Source of the DNA: Chrysomallon squamiferum
Lineage: Eukaryota > Animalia > Mollusca
Direction: 5' to 3'
DNA length: 64,000 nucleotides
NCBI GenBank assembly: GCA_012295275.1
Contig: CM022674.1
Location: forward strand, 2,232,001-2,296,000
Position numbers and translations under genes: made by a program. This document shows, piece after piece, positions 42,456 through 58,128 of the stretch. The notes under the pieces were generated by a model. The model ran no database searches, had not been told where the DNA came from, and saw only the letters and a program-made list of their open reading frames with translations. Position 1 is the first letter of the stretch; each line of letters opens with the position of its first letter.

Positions 42456-43454
42456 TGCAGAAATACATATTCTCCCCAACTCTTAACAGAAAAAAAAACA
42501 ACAAAAAAACGTTACTATGATCTCACAGCTTTTACGTTTTAGATGCAAAACACGACAACATGTATTTATTTTGTTTCTGTTATCGGGTTTATTCTGCTCA
42601 AGAATAATAAAAACAGGAATTTCATAAATTGATGATTACCGTAGAGATAACAAGGTGTTTATGTTATGATGTTTTTTTTTTTTTTTTTTTTTTTTTCGTT
42701 TCGTTTTGTTTTTCAAAAACATGCAGTTTGAATACAAACCAGCAGTTTTGTTTATTTAAGTTAAGAAAGAAATATATTATTAGACATCGACGTTTTGAAG
42801 ATTAATTTGGTATTTAATGTTTTTATTTTTCATTCATTTTTTTTTTTTTTTTTTTTTTTTTTATGCGGCTTAATACAAAACAAAAAATATATATATTGAT
42901 GAAAAATAACTAAGCAGAGTTAGTTCTGCTTCGCAAAAGATTAATTTTATAAAGTAATAATAATGAAAAACGAAGAAGAAGAAGAAGAAATTAGAAAGTG
43001 ATGGGTAAAAAAAGAAAAAAGAAATGAAGGCGATTATCGAGTGTTGTATATTTTTAATCATCTTTTTATATGTGAAAGAGGGATGAAAATGAATTCTATA
43101 TTTTTTTCTATAATTTGTATGAATATTCGATCAAAAAGGATGAATGAAAAAAAACCCACAAAAAATAAAATGATAAATAATAAGAAAATATTTGTGTTTT
43201 GTAATGAAATAACCTTTAAGAAAAGCGTAAACTGTTTATTAAAAATAATAGTAAGATGTAAATAAAAACAAATATTAATATTTTATAATGAAAAACAAAC
43301 TATTGACAAACCTTAGTCAAATGGAAACAAAAATCAAAACAAATCAAACGGTACAGAAACAACAACAACAACAGCAATGGTAGTAATAATAATAGCAATA
43401 ACAATAATGATTATAATAATAATAATAATAGCAATAGCAATAATAATAATAATA

Positions 43455-43486
<32 letters not shown>

Positions 43487-43599
43487 TAATAGCAATAATG
43501 ATTATAATATTTATAATAATAATAATAGTAATAGTAATAATAGCAATAGCAATAATAATAATAGTAATAGTAATAATAATAATTACAATAGCTATAGCA

Positions 43600-43648
<49 letters not shown>

Positions 43649-43887
43649 TATAATAGCAACGACAGTAATAACAACAACAGTGGTATTATTATGATGATGA
43701 TGATGATAATAAAAATAATAATTATAATAACGATGATGACAAACATGCACCATTTCTAATCATTAACACCTCTACCCATTTGACCATGTTTTTACCTATT
43801 TTAACATCTCGTTAGTTTCGTATACATTTCCATTAAACAAAGCATTCAACCTCGGCTACAAAACCGCTGCAGCAAACGCAATAGGTC

Positions 43888-43970
43888 TATAAATCACGTG
43901 ACTTCACTGCAGTACTGTAAGACCGAAGGCTGATCTATTTCGTTCGAAGAAGTGACCCCTGAAATGACCT
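43888..43970 (+). promoter_or_regulatory. TATAAA abutting a TCACGTGA E-box, with nuclear-receptor half-sites downstream
   Basis: TATAAA-TCACGTGAC at 43888-43902; TGACCC-n6-TGACCT at 43953-43970. Confidence 0.35.
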
Positions 43971-44970
43971 TTCACTCAGCTGACATTTCATTAGTTTTCA
44001 AAACAGGCTGCTAGGAATATATCGTGTATATTGTTCTTACTTACTGCAGTTGGTTGTGTGTGTGTCACAGTGCTCATGCAGTAAATATCGTTTTTCAAAA
44101 AATAAATTAGAACGTTTGAGTGTATAATTTGTGCATTCGTATATAGTTATATAAGCAGCAGGTAACAGTGACAGTTAATGTATTCTCATAAACTGCAAGA
44201 TTCAGAATAGAGAAGAATATATTACAGGTAAATATTTGTAACATTTTCCTGTTTCATGCTCTCATCATCATCATTGTTGTTATAGTCGTCGTCGTCGTTA
44301 TTTTTTTGAAATTTCATTCTTTGGCTGTGTTTCGGTTGCAGATAGTTTTAGATTTTTTTTTGTTTTTTCCTAATAACGAAATTTGACACAGTCATGAAAT
44401 TGACGTCATTACGGTGTCACCTTACACAGAAATAATGACGTCATTTTCTCGCGTTTCTTTTGGTTACCCAATTCCATTGAGTTCGCGAAAGAGGAGAATC
44501 AAAGCAACGATAACGATAACATAATTTAAATAATTAAACTGGCGTATTGTTACTAATATGCTTTTTAAGGACAAATAACCTTTTCTATATATTCTTGATG
44601 ATAGTTGTATATAAGCATAAATGAAGTTAAATAACGGTTAAGAAAATAAATAAAACTAAATGTAATAAAAAAAATATATATAAAACAGAATGTACTAATC
44701 GATGTTCTTTTGCAAAACAAAGAAAGAAAAGAAACAAGAAAATACATTTAAATTAAATAAAAATAAAAATTTGAATTAAATAAAAGCAAAATATTGATTT
44801 AAAAAAAAAAAAAAAAAAAAAAACAGGTGAACTAAAGATTAAATTAATTTATAATGTAATAAAAAATAATATTTAAGATAAACAAACAATAAAATAAAAA
44901 AAATATTAATTATAAAACAAATCATCTCTACTGCATATCGATTATTACGATGTATTTTACAGGGCGTTAA

Positions 44971-45000
44971 GTCACGTGATGAACGGTGTGTCACGTGATG
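44971..45000. promoter_or_regulatory. Tandem E-box pair
   Basis: GTCACGTGATG at 44971 and 44990. Confidence 0.55.
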
Positions 45001-45283
45001 GCATTTACGACTTTTAACACTTCTTTGGAAACAGGTGTCGTTGTCATTTTCAGTTACCTGTGGACATTAAAACTCAACATTGATTTTGTTTGTAACACAT
45101 GTAAAGTAATACGGAGTTTACTGCACGTGTTGACATAACTGCTTAACAGCATTATTACTTATCTGAAAATGTCGATTTCTCTCATATAGATTATGCAGAC
45201 AAATATGCATCCGCATAAATTAGACGTGTACTGTCACATGCCTTAGATATGTGGTATATTGTCAGAGGAATACATCTAGCTAT

Positions 45284-45400
<117 letters not shown>

Positions 45401-45565
45401 ACACACACACACACACACTGTTATTGTGATTGCACATAATGCATAATCCAGCACACGCACGAATGCATACATTCACACGCATACACACACACACACACAC
45501 ACACATACACGAAACGACAAATTCTCATCACACACACTCATACTCCTGAATATGCATGCAATTTA

Positions 45566-45605
<40 letters not shown>

Positions 45606-46142
45606 TATCTCTATATACAATCCTAGCCCAAAATAAAATTTAGTAATAAATTTCTATAACCTTCAGTTTATTCCATTATCAGTACCTGCTTACCCTCTCT
45701 CTCTCCTCACTGATAAAAGACTTTCTATAACTAAACTGGCTCGTACCTTCAATTCTAAAACCCTGCTGTCTAGCTTAAAAAGGGGTGAGACAAGTTTGTT
45801 CGAATGGATTTTAACATTAAAAACGAGGATGAATAAATTAAAAAAAAAAAATGTGAAAAATAAAAAATAAAAAGGAAAAAAATAAGATAAAGATATAGAA
45901 AATGAAAAATGATAACGAATCGACGTAGATGTTGTTCCTTTCTCTCTCGTAATTCCACGCCAACCTTCTTAAAACCCATTAAGATAAAATATCAGATAAA
46001 TGCTATGGAAATGTCTTTATTAATGTAAGACATCCTTTTAATGTGTTTTTTTTTTTTTCTAAAAAGGCTTAATGGATACGCTAGGGACGTCAATTTAGAG
46101 GTGGGTTAAAGCGAGCCTTTACTTAATGCTGAAATTATAATT

Positions 46143-46241
<99 letters not shown>

Positions 46242-46912
46242 ACTCTCACACACTCTCACATATATATTAGAACTAAGTTTTATAATTTATTTCCTTCAGC
46301 TGCTGTTTTGAAGAAATGGCAGAGACATCATCCATGTCCAGTTTTTTGTTAAAGAGATACACAGAACGTATTCAGTAGTGTTGTTTTAACTTCATTTTCC
46401 CGAATGCATGTATATAGACAGTTACGAAATAACCAAAGATTATACTTTGGACCGGGCTGTAAGAGATACCATCCAGGATTAAGTGTCAACCATCGTTACT
46501 TAACATCATCTAGCAAGCGAATCGTTTTGTTTACATACTTCTAGTCAGACTAACTGGATGTATCTTTATAACTGCTTTTTTTTTTTTTTTTTTTTTTTTG
46601 GTAAATCTATCTACGCCTCCTACTTTTGTCCTGTTTGTATTATGTGTCCACCCTGTTTAATAAAACAGAGTGAAACTTAAGTACTTAGACAAATAACAGC
46701 GCGGAGTTTCATTTGCCTGAAGCAATAAGGAAAGAGACGGAAGGTTTTCTTCACTTTTTGTTTGTTCTCGAGCTCCTCGTACAAACACGGGTGCAGCGGA
46801 TTGCAGGAAATGAATTTCAGCTTAAGGGCTTCTTTTATTATTTTTATTTATGTATTATTATTATTTTTTTAAATTTGTTTTTTTTCTTAAACTTGTACGC
46901 AGAGAATAGGTG

Positions 46913-46943
<31 letters not shown>

Positions 46944-48506
46944 TAATAAAAAAAAAAAAATCCACCTTTGCTGTTTTCTATATATAATTGATTTTTCTCA
47001 GGACTGGGGGGTATACATTATTATTATTATTAGTAGTAGTAGTAGTTGTTAACTTGTAGTAGCCATAGCAGTTGTAATAGTAGTTGTAATAGTACTTGTA
47101 ATAGTACTTGTAATAGTAGTAGTATGCTTTTCTAACACATAAGTAAATAAGGAAGATTTTGGAAGATTAAGTTTATAAATTTTGATACTGAAAGATAACA
47201 ACTTGAAATTTGGTATCTAACTTCTGATAAAAGGCGTGTGCGCGCACGCACAAACACACATTCGCACGCGCACACACACATACACACATACACATACACC
47301 CTCATCATGAAAGTAAAAAAAAAAAAAAAAGAAGAAAGAAATGCGTAATAAAACGCACTGATAAACTTGTAACCGAATACTGTTCTGTCGTACTTGTGTG
47401 TACTTAAAAACAAAAAAACAAAACAAAATAAACAAACAAGATTTTGAAAGTCAATCTGAGCTTATAATTCACACACAGAATTTAAAATCAGACCCAAAGC
47501 GACACTCGTTAGATTCCAGCGATCGCGTAAAATCCCGTTAGCGGCAAAAACTAAAAAAAAATAAATGTATCTATCTAATGTCGCATGCAGAACTTCATCA
47601 TTCCCTTTGAACAATATCAGGACATATCGACAATTCTGTGATCTTGAACCCGACAGCAAAATTCCATTTTGTCTGATTTTTGCCAATTTGCTTCAATTGC
47701 GACTGATCAGCGAAAAGCACTCCCAATCAATTTCTTCCCTGTGAAATCCGGATTCCGCTCTTTGACTCGGTTCTCTGTTTCCGCGCGCATCTTGGCCCGG
47801 TTCGGGTTTTGCTCGTCTTCAGTTAATTAATGGGCAGCCATCTGGCAAATTGTACCTGGGAATTAATTTATCTTTCATCGCAGTTTCTAATGCATCACAG
47901 ATCCTGTAGCTGGCTCAATTAGACAGTCTTATCCGGTGTTCAAGCACTCGTCCATCTCATAGGTTTTTTCGTTGTTGTTTTTTTTGTTCTTCTTCTCCTT
48001 TTTTTTTTTTTTTTTTTTTTTTTTTTGTGGAGGAATTTAACAAGGCAGAAACCGTGATGGACGGCTGTTTGTTTACGGAAAGTTACGAAATAATTAAGTT
48101 CGTCATATGTCTGGGTGTTCCTTTCGTTAGTTTGTTGTTGTTTTTTTGTTTGTTTTTTTTCTGTTCAGTCTCGACTTCTTTTTGTTTTTGTTTTGTTTGT
48201 TTTATTGTTGTTGTTCGTTTCGGATTTGTTTGCTTGTTGTTGTTTTTTTGGTGGTTTGTTTTGGTTTTTTCCGGTTTGCTTTGGGTTTTTTTTGTGTGTT
48301 TTTTCCCCCCCCCTCAGAAATATCATATTCATAGATGTCTTCAAGTCTCTTTACTTGATTCATATTTTGTCATGTTTTACTCTGGTTCGTCTGTATTTTT
48401 TTTTTTTTTTTTTCCAATTCGAGTTTGTTAGATGAGCGCTATAGACAGTAATTTATCAGTGGGCCAGTTTAATTTTATTTCGTCTTTCTCACTAAACTTT
48501 TCCGTT

Positions 48507-48573
<67 letters not shown>

Positions 48574-50187
48574 CTCCCTCCCTCCCTCCCTCCCTCCATC
48601 CATCCATCCATCCATCCATCCATCCCTCCCTCCCTCCCTCCATCCATCTCCCTCCCTCCCTCCATCCATGCCTCTTTCTGGCTCCTTCTTTCTGTGTGCC
48701 TGTCCCTCTCACTATCTTTCATCAAAGCAAACACACATACACACATACACACACACACACACATCTCATTCACTATTGCTATTACGTCTTTGACATTTTT
48801 TTTTTCAAGAAACATTCCACTGAGGGAAAACAACTAGGCTTTGCCGACGCTGTCAAAAGTGGAACAGAGAACTTGGACTCGTTCCAGTCTCTCCTCACTT
48901 TTTTTCAGCCGTAATTAATCCCACTAATTGACCACGTATATGTTATGCTACGAAGTAATGCGCCAGCTTTTCGCTTTAATTACTTCTTTTAAATATAGTC
49001 GAACGCAATGTGTTGTTAACTTAGAGCGTAACGCTCATAACTGTAAATATTTGAAAAAGAAAAAAAAACACTTGACGATCTTCATGTTGTATGCTAACAG
49101 TTACTGTTCTGTTCGCACGTGCGTCTGTTCGTCTGTCTGTGTGTCTGCCACCAGCTTGTCTGTCTGTCTGTCTGTGTGTCTGCCACCAGCTTGTCTGTCT
49201 GTCTGTCTGCCTGTCCTTTGCTGATAAAGATAGGGTTAATTACGTTGGGTAGTTAGTATGATTAAAAAGAAGTTTTCGTGAATAAGCCATAAGCATGAGA
49301 AAATACAGCCTTACACATTTGATTCAGTGTACATGAAATTTTTTATTTTTTTATTTACTCGTTCATTCATTCATCCATTCATCCATTCATTCATTCATTC
49401 ACTCACTCACTCATTCTATTTTATTTGATTTAATTTTATTTTATTTTATTATTTTATTTTATTTTATTTTATTTTATTGTTTATAATACACATTTATTTT
49501 TAGCTTAAAGTTTCTGCTGGAGTCTCAGGCATTCTTATTGTTGTTGCCGTATTGTCTCTATTACCATCGTCATCATCATCAGTTCATCATCATCATCATC
49601 ATCGTCGTCATCGTCATTACATAATCACTTAATGTCTATACAAAGTGCACGATGTTAGCATTTTCGCTGCATGTGCGCGCTACAATCAGCTCTCTGTCTG
49701 CCAGGTTTTTTGTTGTTTTTTCGATTTACGACTCACGCGCCGCTCTTGCTAGCCGTAGCAGCGCGTGCAGTTCCAACGTGAAGAAGACAACGCGCACATG
49801 TGTTGTGATTTTCACACCTGACGTGAAATGCCTCGAGTCGCTCTCGTTTTTAATCTGCGAGTCAAAATCCGCGTTGTTCACGTGGCTGGGCCGTTCTTCG
49901 GAGGACTGCGTCTGTTACTAATACGACTGACTCCAAGGGAAAAATCGCAGTGCATGCACTGTGGGGAACACTTCGTCCTTCGTTCGTGTGATCTCCCTCT
50001 GTTGTTCGGAGAATGCGCGAGTGAAATTAGATAAGCCTGATCATCATGATGGTGATGAAGGTGATGGTGATGGTGGTGGTGAAATAAGAATAGAAACAAA
50101 GTGGTTATAATAAACAGTAGAGAAAATATCAGCACCACCAACATCAGTATCCGGTGCTACTACTACTTGTACATGATCGTATTACTA

Positions 50188-50246
<59 letters not shown>

Positions 50247-51143
50247 CAGAAGTAACTAAATGAACAAATAACTGACGGTCTTAGCCTTCCTTGTCTGTTT
50301 TTTGCTGTTTATCACCTTTTCTGGGGGGTTTTTGTGTGTTTTTTTCTTGCTGTTTATCACGTCACGAAATTCCATTACTCGATTGTAATACGTCACTGAA
50401 TTATGACGTCATTCACAGAGGTGTCCTTGACATTGCTATTAATAGTTGTAATGGTCGTAATAGTAATTATAGTAGTATTATTAACAGTAATAACACTGTT
50501 ATTAAGGTAACACATACAGCTGTAGTATTGGTTCTTGTGTTGATGGTGGTCTGGATTTTTAGCTGGTAGCTGCCGTAGTAGGAACAGTAGTAGTAGCAGC
50601 AGCAGTAATTGTGTAATTAGTTCTTACTGTAGCCTTATAATTTTAATACTTCAGTTAGGTAACGTTAACGACCATTACGTAATCAATATTTACAAACCAC
50701 AGACACCCAGACTTGCAGATTGAGGCGTCCGCTCTTTATACCAAACCAATAATAATTACGTCATCTTTCTCTCTCTCTCGCGACCGCATATATTTCCCCC
50801 TTTATAAGCGATTACTCGAGGAAACTAAACAAAACTCGAGACTAGATTTGCGAAATATTTTTCTCTTATGATCTGGTTGCAGTAATTGTGTTTGATAGGC
50901 AAACCCATCAATGTTGAGTTATTTCATGCGAGTGTCTCTTTAACGAATTGGTTGCCAAGCAGCCGTCTGATTTCATCGCCTCTCGACTCCTCTGGAGTGG
51001 CGGGATCGATGAAATTCATTTTTATTAGAACATTCACACGTACATACATACTTACACACACACATGTACTTGTACGTGTTGGTATCTCAATACGTACACA
51101 CATACAAATACATAGATGTATGTGTGTCTGTGTGTATAGACAG

Positions 51144-51176
<33 letters not shown>

Positions 51177-51276
51177 TAATGTAAATATACCATCACAAAC
51201 TTGTATTTCTATATATTATCTTCATAAGTACATGTATTCATGCCTGTATTTGTTAATATCGTAATAGAAATATATA

Positions 51277-51330
<54 letters not shown>

Positions 51331-52881
51331 CACATAAAGCTAGTTGTACGTGCTAACACATATTTATTTTGGAATATCTGGAAATATAGAAGAAAAAAAA
51401 AAGAAAATTATTATTGTTGTTTAAATACAAAAATGCACACAAATGTCCAGTGTTTAACATATGCACATCATCTTATTACTAATCTAACGTGCCAAGAAAT
51501 CTGCCGTTTTAAAAATAATAAACTCAAAGATTCTCCACAGACATTAACTTACCAAACATGCAAATATGTAACAAACAAAAAAAAAAAAAAAAAAAAAACC
51601 CACGAAACATACCTTTTCGATTATTACATAACAACCGTATACGATTACCTCATCAGGTGTTTATTCGAAAACAAATATCACATTGCGTGCTTGTTTTATT
51701 TCACTGCTAAGTCGAGACTGGGGTGGGAAGGCGCATGCATCTTCGGTTTCGGTTACGATGGGAGCGACTGTTTTGAAATGAACACGAGGAGCGAGAAAAA
51801 AAAAAATTGTCCTGGCGGGCTGTGGGGATATCTGATCTTTCGGGATTACGAAAGGCGACGAAGTTTTGACGTTTGGGGAACGATCTGGTTACGTTAGCGA
51901 TGAAAGAGAATATCGGGGTTTACAGAATTCCGTACGTCTGTGAATACAGCTGTTACTGGTTAGATAGATGATAATGCTGTTATGGAAGCGACTCGAACCT
52001 GGTTTGAAATGGTGAATTTGTTTGGCACCCGTGAACGAAGGCGCGTGCGTGTTTGAAATTCGTCGTTGTTTCAGTTTCTCTGCAGGAATTTCTCGTAATC
52101 CTCAAACGTTTGTTTTTCTTTTGAAATGTGTTTATAATGTGCACTAGACGTTGTTTCTTTTCCTTTCTTCTCGTTTTATTTTTCCCCTTGCTGTTTTTTT
52201 TTTTTCTGGGGTGTAATTTGCTTAAAATACTGTACAGAAATGTTAACCTTCATAAAAGATTCAGAAACCCCCCGAGAATAAAAACGATTACCACTATTAC
52301 TATTACTACTGATAATGATGCAGCTGTTGATGTGAATGCTGTTGCCGATGCCGATGGTGATGATGATTCTAATTTTAGTTGAAACATCGGTAACTCTAAT
52401 AAAACAAAATGATGATTCCAGTGACAATAATACATTAGCAGTAGTTGTTGCTGCAGCAGCTACAACAACAAAAACAGGAGTAGTAATAGCTGCAGTAGTA
52501 GTGGCAGACGTAGTAGTAATAGCTGCAGTAGTAGCAGCAGCAGCAGCAGCAGCAGTAGCAATGGAAATAACATTAGTAAACAAGAACGCAAATACTCCGC
52601 GTAATCTTGTTAAATAAAACGTTACGGTAACAGCACAGTAGAAACTTGAAGTTTTTCAATTACCACGTAAACACCGCGGACAACCTTCGAGTCGGGTTCA
52701 ATGAGGTGAAATCCATTCTCACCACGGCCTGTTTGAGGAATACGTTATTCACGACATTAAGATGGATTCGGTAATTAGTTTAAATGGGAATCAATACGGA
52801 AATTGCCGAGCTGTCAAGATCGGCAACCCGAGATAAACCGAGGTGGCGCCATTGTTTTTAAAGCAATTATTATTATTATTA

Positions 52882-52914
<33 letters not shown>

Positions 52915-53164
52915 CTCGATACACAGACCGATTATTCACGCGCCTGATGCAGTTACTCAGACTGCACGAGGACATTCGTCTTGTGTTCGCTATCGATTTC
53001 TTGTAACGTTTGTGTGTGTGTATATTTTTCATCCTTTGTCGCTCAGGGTCCATTTTGCTTTGTTTTTGTCCAAATGCTGACAGGGATTTCCGAGAAGAAA
53101 GTGCATTGCAGCAGCAGCAGCCAGATAACTTAAATTGTTTTTATTTATTTATTTAAAAGGACAG

Positions 53165-53212
<48 letters not shown>

Positions 53213-53228
53213 ACAGACTGATATATAG

Positions 53229-53275
53229 ATAGAGAGAAACAGAGAGAGACAGGGAGAGGGAGGGAGGGAGGGAGG

Positions 53276-53370
<95 letters not shown>

Positions 53371-53447
53371 AGGGGGGGGAGGGAGAGGAGGGAGAGGGAG
53401 AGGAGAGGGAGAGGGAGAGGGAGAGAGAGAGAGAGGGAGAGAGAGAG
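53229..53447. repeat. Polypurine (AG/AGGG)n tract
   Basis: About 200 nt of almost pure purine; potential for triplex or G4 structure. Confidence 0.93.
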
Positions 53448-53748
53448 AATACGAAAAAAGAACCTACACCTTTCGTATATTTAGATATTACGTGTTAGTT
53501 TTGTTCACGATTGGTTACGTATTCACGTCGATCTGCCGGCGATATTGCTTTTTATTCTCCTTTGAAAACATTACTTACAGACGACCAAGTTTAATTACTG
53601 CTTTACCATAAATAGCCTGGAATTCGTTGAGTAGATGGATTTTCAGATACCTAGAGATTTTTCGAAACAAGAGGATGAGAAGGTGTAACACTGACGTAAC
53701 ACAAACAAACAAACAAACAAACAAAAAAAAATAAATAAATAAATAAAA

Positions 53749-53791
<43 letters not shown>

Positions 53792-54666
53792 AAATAAAAC
53801 AAACAAATAAGCAAACAAAATTGAATTTAAAACGATACCTAATTACGCACTCGGATATATTCTTTTTTTGATTTTTTTTTTTTTTTTTTATTTTGTTCAT
53901 GTCTGTGTTACGTTTTAAGATTTCCTGAAGCTGTAATTTGATCATCTGTATATAATTACTTTCTCACATCTCAGGTGGCACTGTTTAACACACAGGTGTG
54001 GTTTACATTACCTGTATTTAAGTCTGGATAATGAAATGTAAATTGGCAGTTTGGGGTTTCAGGCATACGTTTAGAACAGAATGAAGTTTCGGGAAACAGA
54101 TAACAGACGGGGAAAATTTACGATAAAGAAAGTTTATTAGATTCTGATGATGATGACGATGATGATGAAGATGATGATGATGATGATGATGATTTTGAGG
54201 ATAATGGGAATAACTGTAATCATAAAGATAGTTGTTTTTTATTTATTTTTTTTTTTTTTTTTTTTTTACTTAATTAAGTTTTGACTGTTTTATTTATTTT
54301 CTCTCATGCCTAACGATATGTTTACAAAAAATACGTAATTTGTTTTTTTTTCCGGTTTAAAGGAGGTAATTTATAAAAGACACGTTTTTGCTGGTAACAA
54401 AAACCCTTACAGAAACTACAATGGTTTTATTCTTTCATTATAATCATTACATAATAATAATTTATTTCATATACTATTATTAAGACTACTACTCCTACTA
54501 CTATTACTGCTGCTACTACTACTTGCTACTTTTTTACGACTACCATTATTACAAAGCGTATTATTATTAAGTCTTGTACCATTATAACCATTACTACTCC
54601 TACTACTAATAGTACTGCTACTGTTAATACCTCCATTACTACCGCTCATTCTAGTATTATTGCTAT

Positions 54667-54704
<38 letters not shown>

Positions 54705-55907
54705 TTACTATTAATATTATTACTAGTACTTTATGCTATTACTAGTGTCCTTGGTGTTATATCTACTTTTTCATACTTATTTACATTCTATTTTATTTTT
54801 CTCTCTCGTTTCATTCTCTCAACACAACACAAAACCAGACTGTACACCGTTTCGACCGTGTATCGATTACTTCAGCACATTAGACAAGTCTTAAAACTAT
54901 ACCGCCATCCATTTATGCACGCACATCGATTTCTTGTTACATTCGTCGATAAATATGTTCTTTAATTAATGATCGATGGAGAAATACGCCCAGATACAAG
55001 CAACTGACACGCGGCTGGGAAGAAAGGATGTTTCGTACAATGTTATTAAAGCCGGCGGTGTTGACGTCAAAACTGGTTCTGTCGCATTTTTCTCCCCTTT
55101 TCCCCTCGAAAACTCGAAGTGTTGAGGAATTAACCATCTGCGTTGCCCGGTCCCGATATAAATTGATCCCCGTGTCATTTTCATCGCACGCGGAGCTTAC
55201 AAGATCCCCGTAATTGATTGGCGTGAAAGGACCGCGTTTCAAGGATAGATGATGTTAATGAAAATCTCATTGGCTGTGGAAAAACGAGGTGATTGAAAGC
55301 GAGTTCCTGTTTTGTCAACAGCACTTGCAAATGAAAAGCATTTTCGGTCTTTGATTCGAGTACGTTTTGTAGCGGTTTGAATTTCCCCGATGTTGTCTCG
55401 TAAAACAAATAATTATTGACTGATTTCCCGTTCCGGTTGTCAGTTAATTCAACTGATTTCCCCATTCCAAAATAGTTCTTCCGAGAAAACATTTCGTTTA
55501 AATAAAGTGGGTGGTGTTCTTGTTATTAAATGAATACATGAAGAAACGAATTACAGAGAAAACGAAATTTGTGTTTAACGCTATTTTATGTTACTAACTG
55601 TTAGGTAATGGGTTATTATTTATGCATTAGCAACAGGAAGTGATAGCTTACATATACCCTCTCATAAACAAAAATACTTCCTTTCGAGGTTAAATTTCTT
55701 TATTGTTCCAGATTGTATTTCATAATTATTTATTTTTTTTATTTATTTTTATTTATTGGTTTGTTTGTTTGTTTTCTTTTGTTTATTTATTTTTCTCTTC
55801 TGCAACTATCAATTTTAATGTTTTCTTTCTTTTTTTTTACTTCCTATTTTTCCTTTTTTATTCATATCACTGTCTACATTTAGATATCAGACCATCTTTA
55901 GAGTTTC

Positions 55908-55964
<57 letters not shown>

Positions 55965-55980
55965 TTCTTCTTCTTCTTCT
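55908..55980. repeat. (CAT)n(CTT)n microsatellite
   Basis: Direct reading; source of the poly-His/Leu in the ORF track. Confidence 0.96.
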
Positions 55981-56221
55981 TTTACATTTGCCTGTTCTGA
56001 AAGTCCCAGTGTCTTTGATTTCTCGTTCGTTGGATGGTTTCTCGTTGTTGTTTATAGGCGGATTATATTTCCATGTCTATCGATTGGGCGAAAGCTTGCT
56101 GGTTATAATTCATCAAGTTCTGGCTAATGATGTTTTTGTCGGTGTCGCCTCGGTTCATATAAGACATCTAGGGATGGAACGTGCTTCAGACGGAGGCCCG
56201 TTTTGGGTGATGGCAATTGTT

Positions 56222-56252
<31 letters not shown>

Positions 56253-56859
56253 TTTTTGTTTTGTTTGTTTCTTTGTAATAAACCTATCGTCACTACGTCA
56301 TGAGTAGCTGGTGTAGTTAGATGCAAAACAAATTTTGATACTGGCGACGGTGAACAAAAGGTTTGAAAGACAGGTTATTCAAATGAAATTATCTGTGGTG
56401 AAATTATGTGTGTATGTTTCTGTATCTGTTAGTGTACGTTTTTCAGCGTATGGTTTTTGTGTTTGTGTATATTTTGCTTGTCATTTTGTTTGTGTATATA
56501 TGTTGGTTTGTCTGTATGTTTGTGTGTGTTTTTGTATTTCTTCGAGTTTTGTTTTAATAATAATGATACAGGATAAATATACGGCAACAATAATCAGATG
56601 TCATTTATCCTTAATTTATACATTAAATGCCGCAAACAGGAAAAAAAAAAAAAAAAAATAAATAAATAAATCGTTAGCAACAAAATAACGTTATAAATAC
56701 TTCTAAAAGCATCGAAATGAAATACACACGACACATTTCTGTGCAAAAACCCAATCATTCACTGGAGGTTTCGACAAGAAAATGCAACTTTTAATTACAC
56801 GAACCCTTCTCCAGTTTCAAAACCTTTACCGTGCCTCGTCCATAAATGTTGCCACATTA

Positions 56860-57250
56860 TTAGTCAATTTCAGCACGCACCGTACGAAATTCCAGCCATC
56901 ACAGCGCGCGCGCACGCAACGACGCCATTATGCATCCATTATGACCAGCGCTTCGAGCAGCACGGCTGTGGTAATTACAGCTGTTACGCTGTCCGGTAAT
57001 AACATAAAACAAACACGAGTCGAACGGGGCCGGGGCCGGGGCCGGGTCGAGCGAAGTGAAGTTAAATACCAGCAGTTTATTTCTGCGGCGCGGCATGCAG
57101 GACTTCGAGTTTGCGAGAGACGACAATTGTTATAGCGCGCTATTTTCCACGCCTCTTCGTGTCGTGTCGATTTCGAAAAAAAAAAAAAAAAAAAGCGTTA
57201 TGTCGCCTAGCGCTAGGGCTTTTTTTTTTGAAATTGACGCTGTCACGTGA
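56860..57250. promoter_or_regulatory. CpG-rich island with a (GGGGCC)n G4-forming motif and an E-box
   Basis: GCGCGCGCGCACGC near 56904; GGGGCC x3 plus GGG at 57026-57046; TCACGTGA at 57243. Confidence 0.45.
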
Positions 57251-57519
57251 TAGAAATCTATAGACTGTTTTATATTGTGGTTGGTGCAGGAAGAAATTGC
57301 TACAGAACAAAAAAAGAATTTAAAAAAAAAAAAAAAAAATGTAAAATTCGAAAACGACTGGTAATGAATCAATTGTAACTGTGTTTTATTATGATTAATA
57401 TTAGTACTGTTCGAGGGAAGAGCGTTTTTAACTAATGTACGTGAAACGTGGTTTGACAGCTGATGATGATACAGCTATTTTGTTTATTTCTTGTATCAGT
57501 TTCTTAGAGAGAGGGGGAG

Positions 57520-57578
<59 letters not shown>

Positions 57579-57660
57579 AAATAATATTCAGTGTGAGTGT
57601 TTGTTTCAGTGTATAAGTGCGTGAGTGTGAATAACTGACAGTGACTAAGTGAGTGTGAGA

Positions 57661-57711
<51 letters not shown>

Positions 57712-58036
57712 TGTGTCTGTGTGAGTGGGTGTGAGAGAGCTCGATATAAAGTTATTTCAACAATATGAGACACATCCTAGTCGGGCATTACCGATAATAC
57801 ACGAAGATTTACGAATGTCAAGTACCTTGGCATTATATCGCTGTTTGTTTTTGCTTGCTGTGTGGTATTTGTACCAGCGCTAATAATAACATACACAGAT
57901 TCTCAGACTAGGAACCAAAACACAAGAAAAAATTATATAGATCATATACTGCATAATTATTGCTGTAATTCTTCTTCGTGAACCTTTAATATTATTTTGT
58001 CTGTCGATTAGTGAAATCTTCATTTCTCTTCATTAT

Positions 58037-58128
<92 letters not shown>

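Noticed and set aside
49828-50034. ORF with a CxxC motif (CMHC)
   Set aside because: Short, lacks a second zinc-ligand pair and has no splice support; better read as a CpG-rich non-coding island
57176-57229. Intrinsic-terminator-like A-run / CCTAGCGCTAGG palindrome / T-run
   Set aside because: Eukaryotic DNA with ubiquitous A/T homopolymers and no upstream gene
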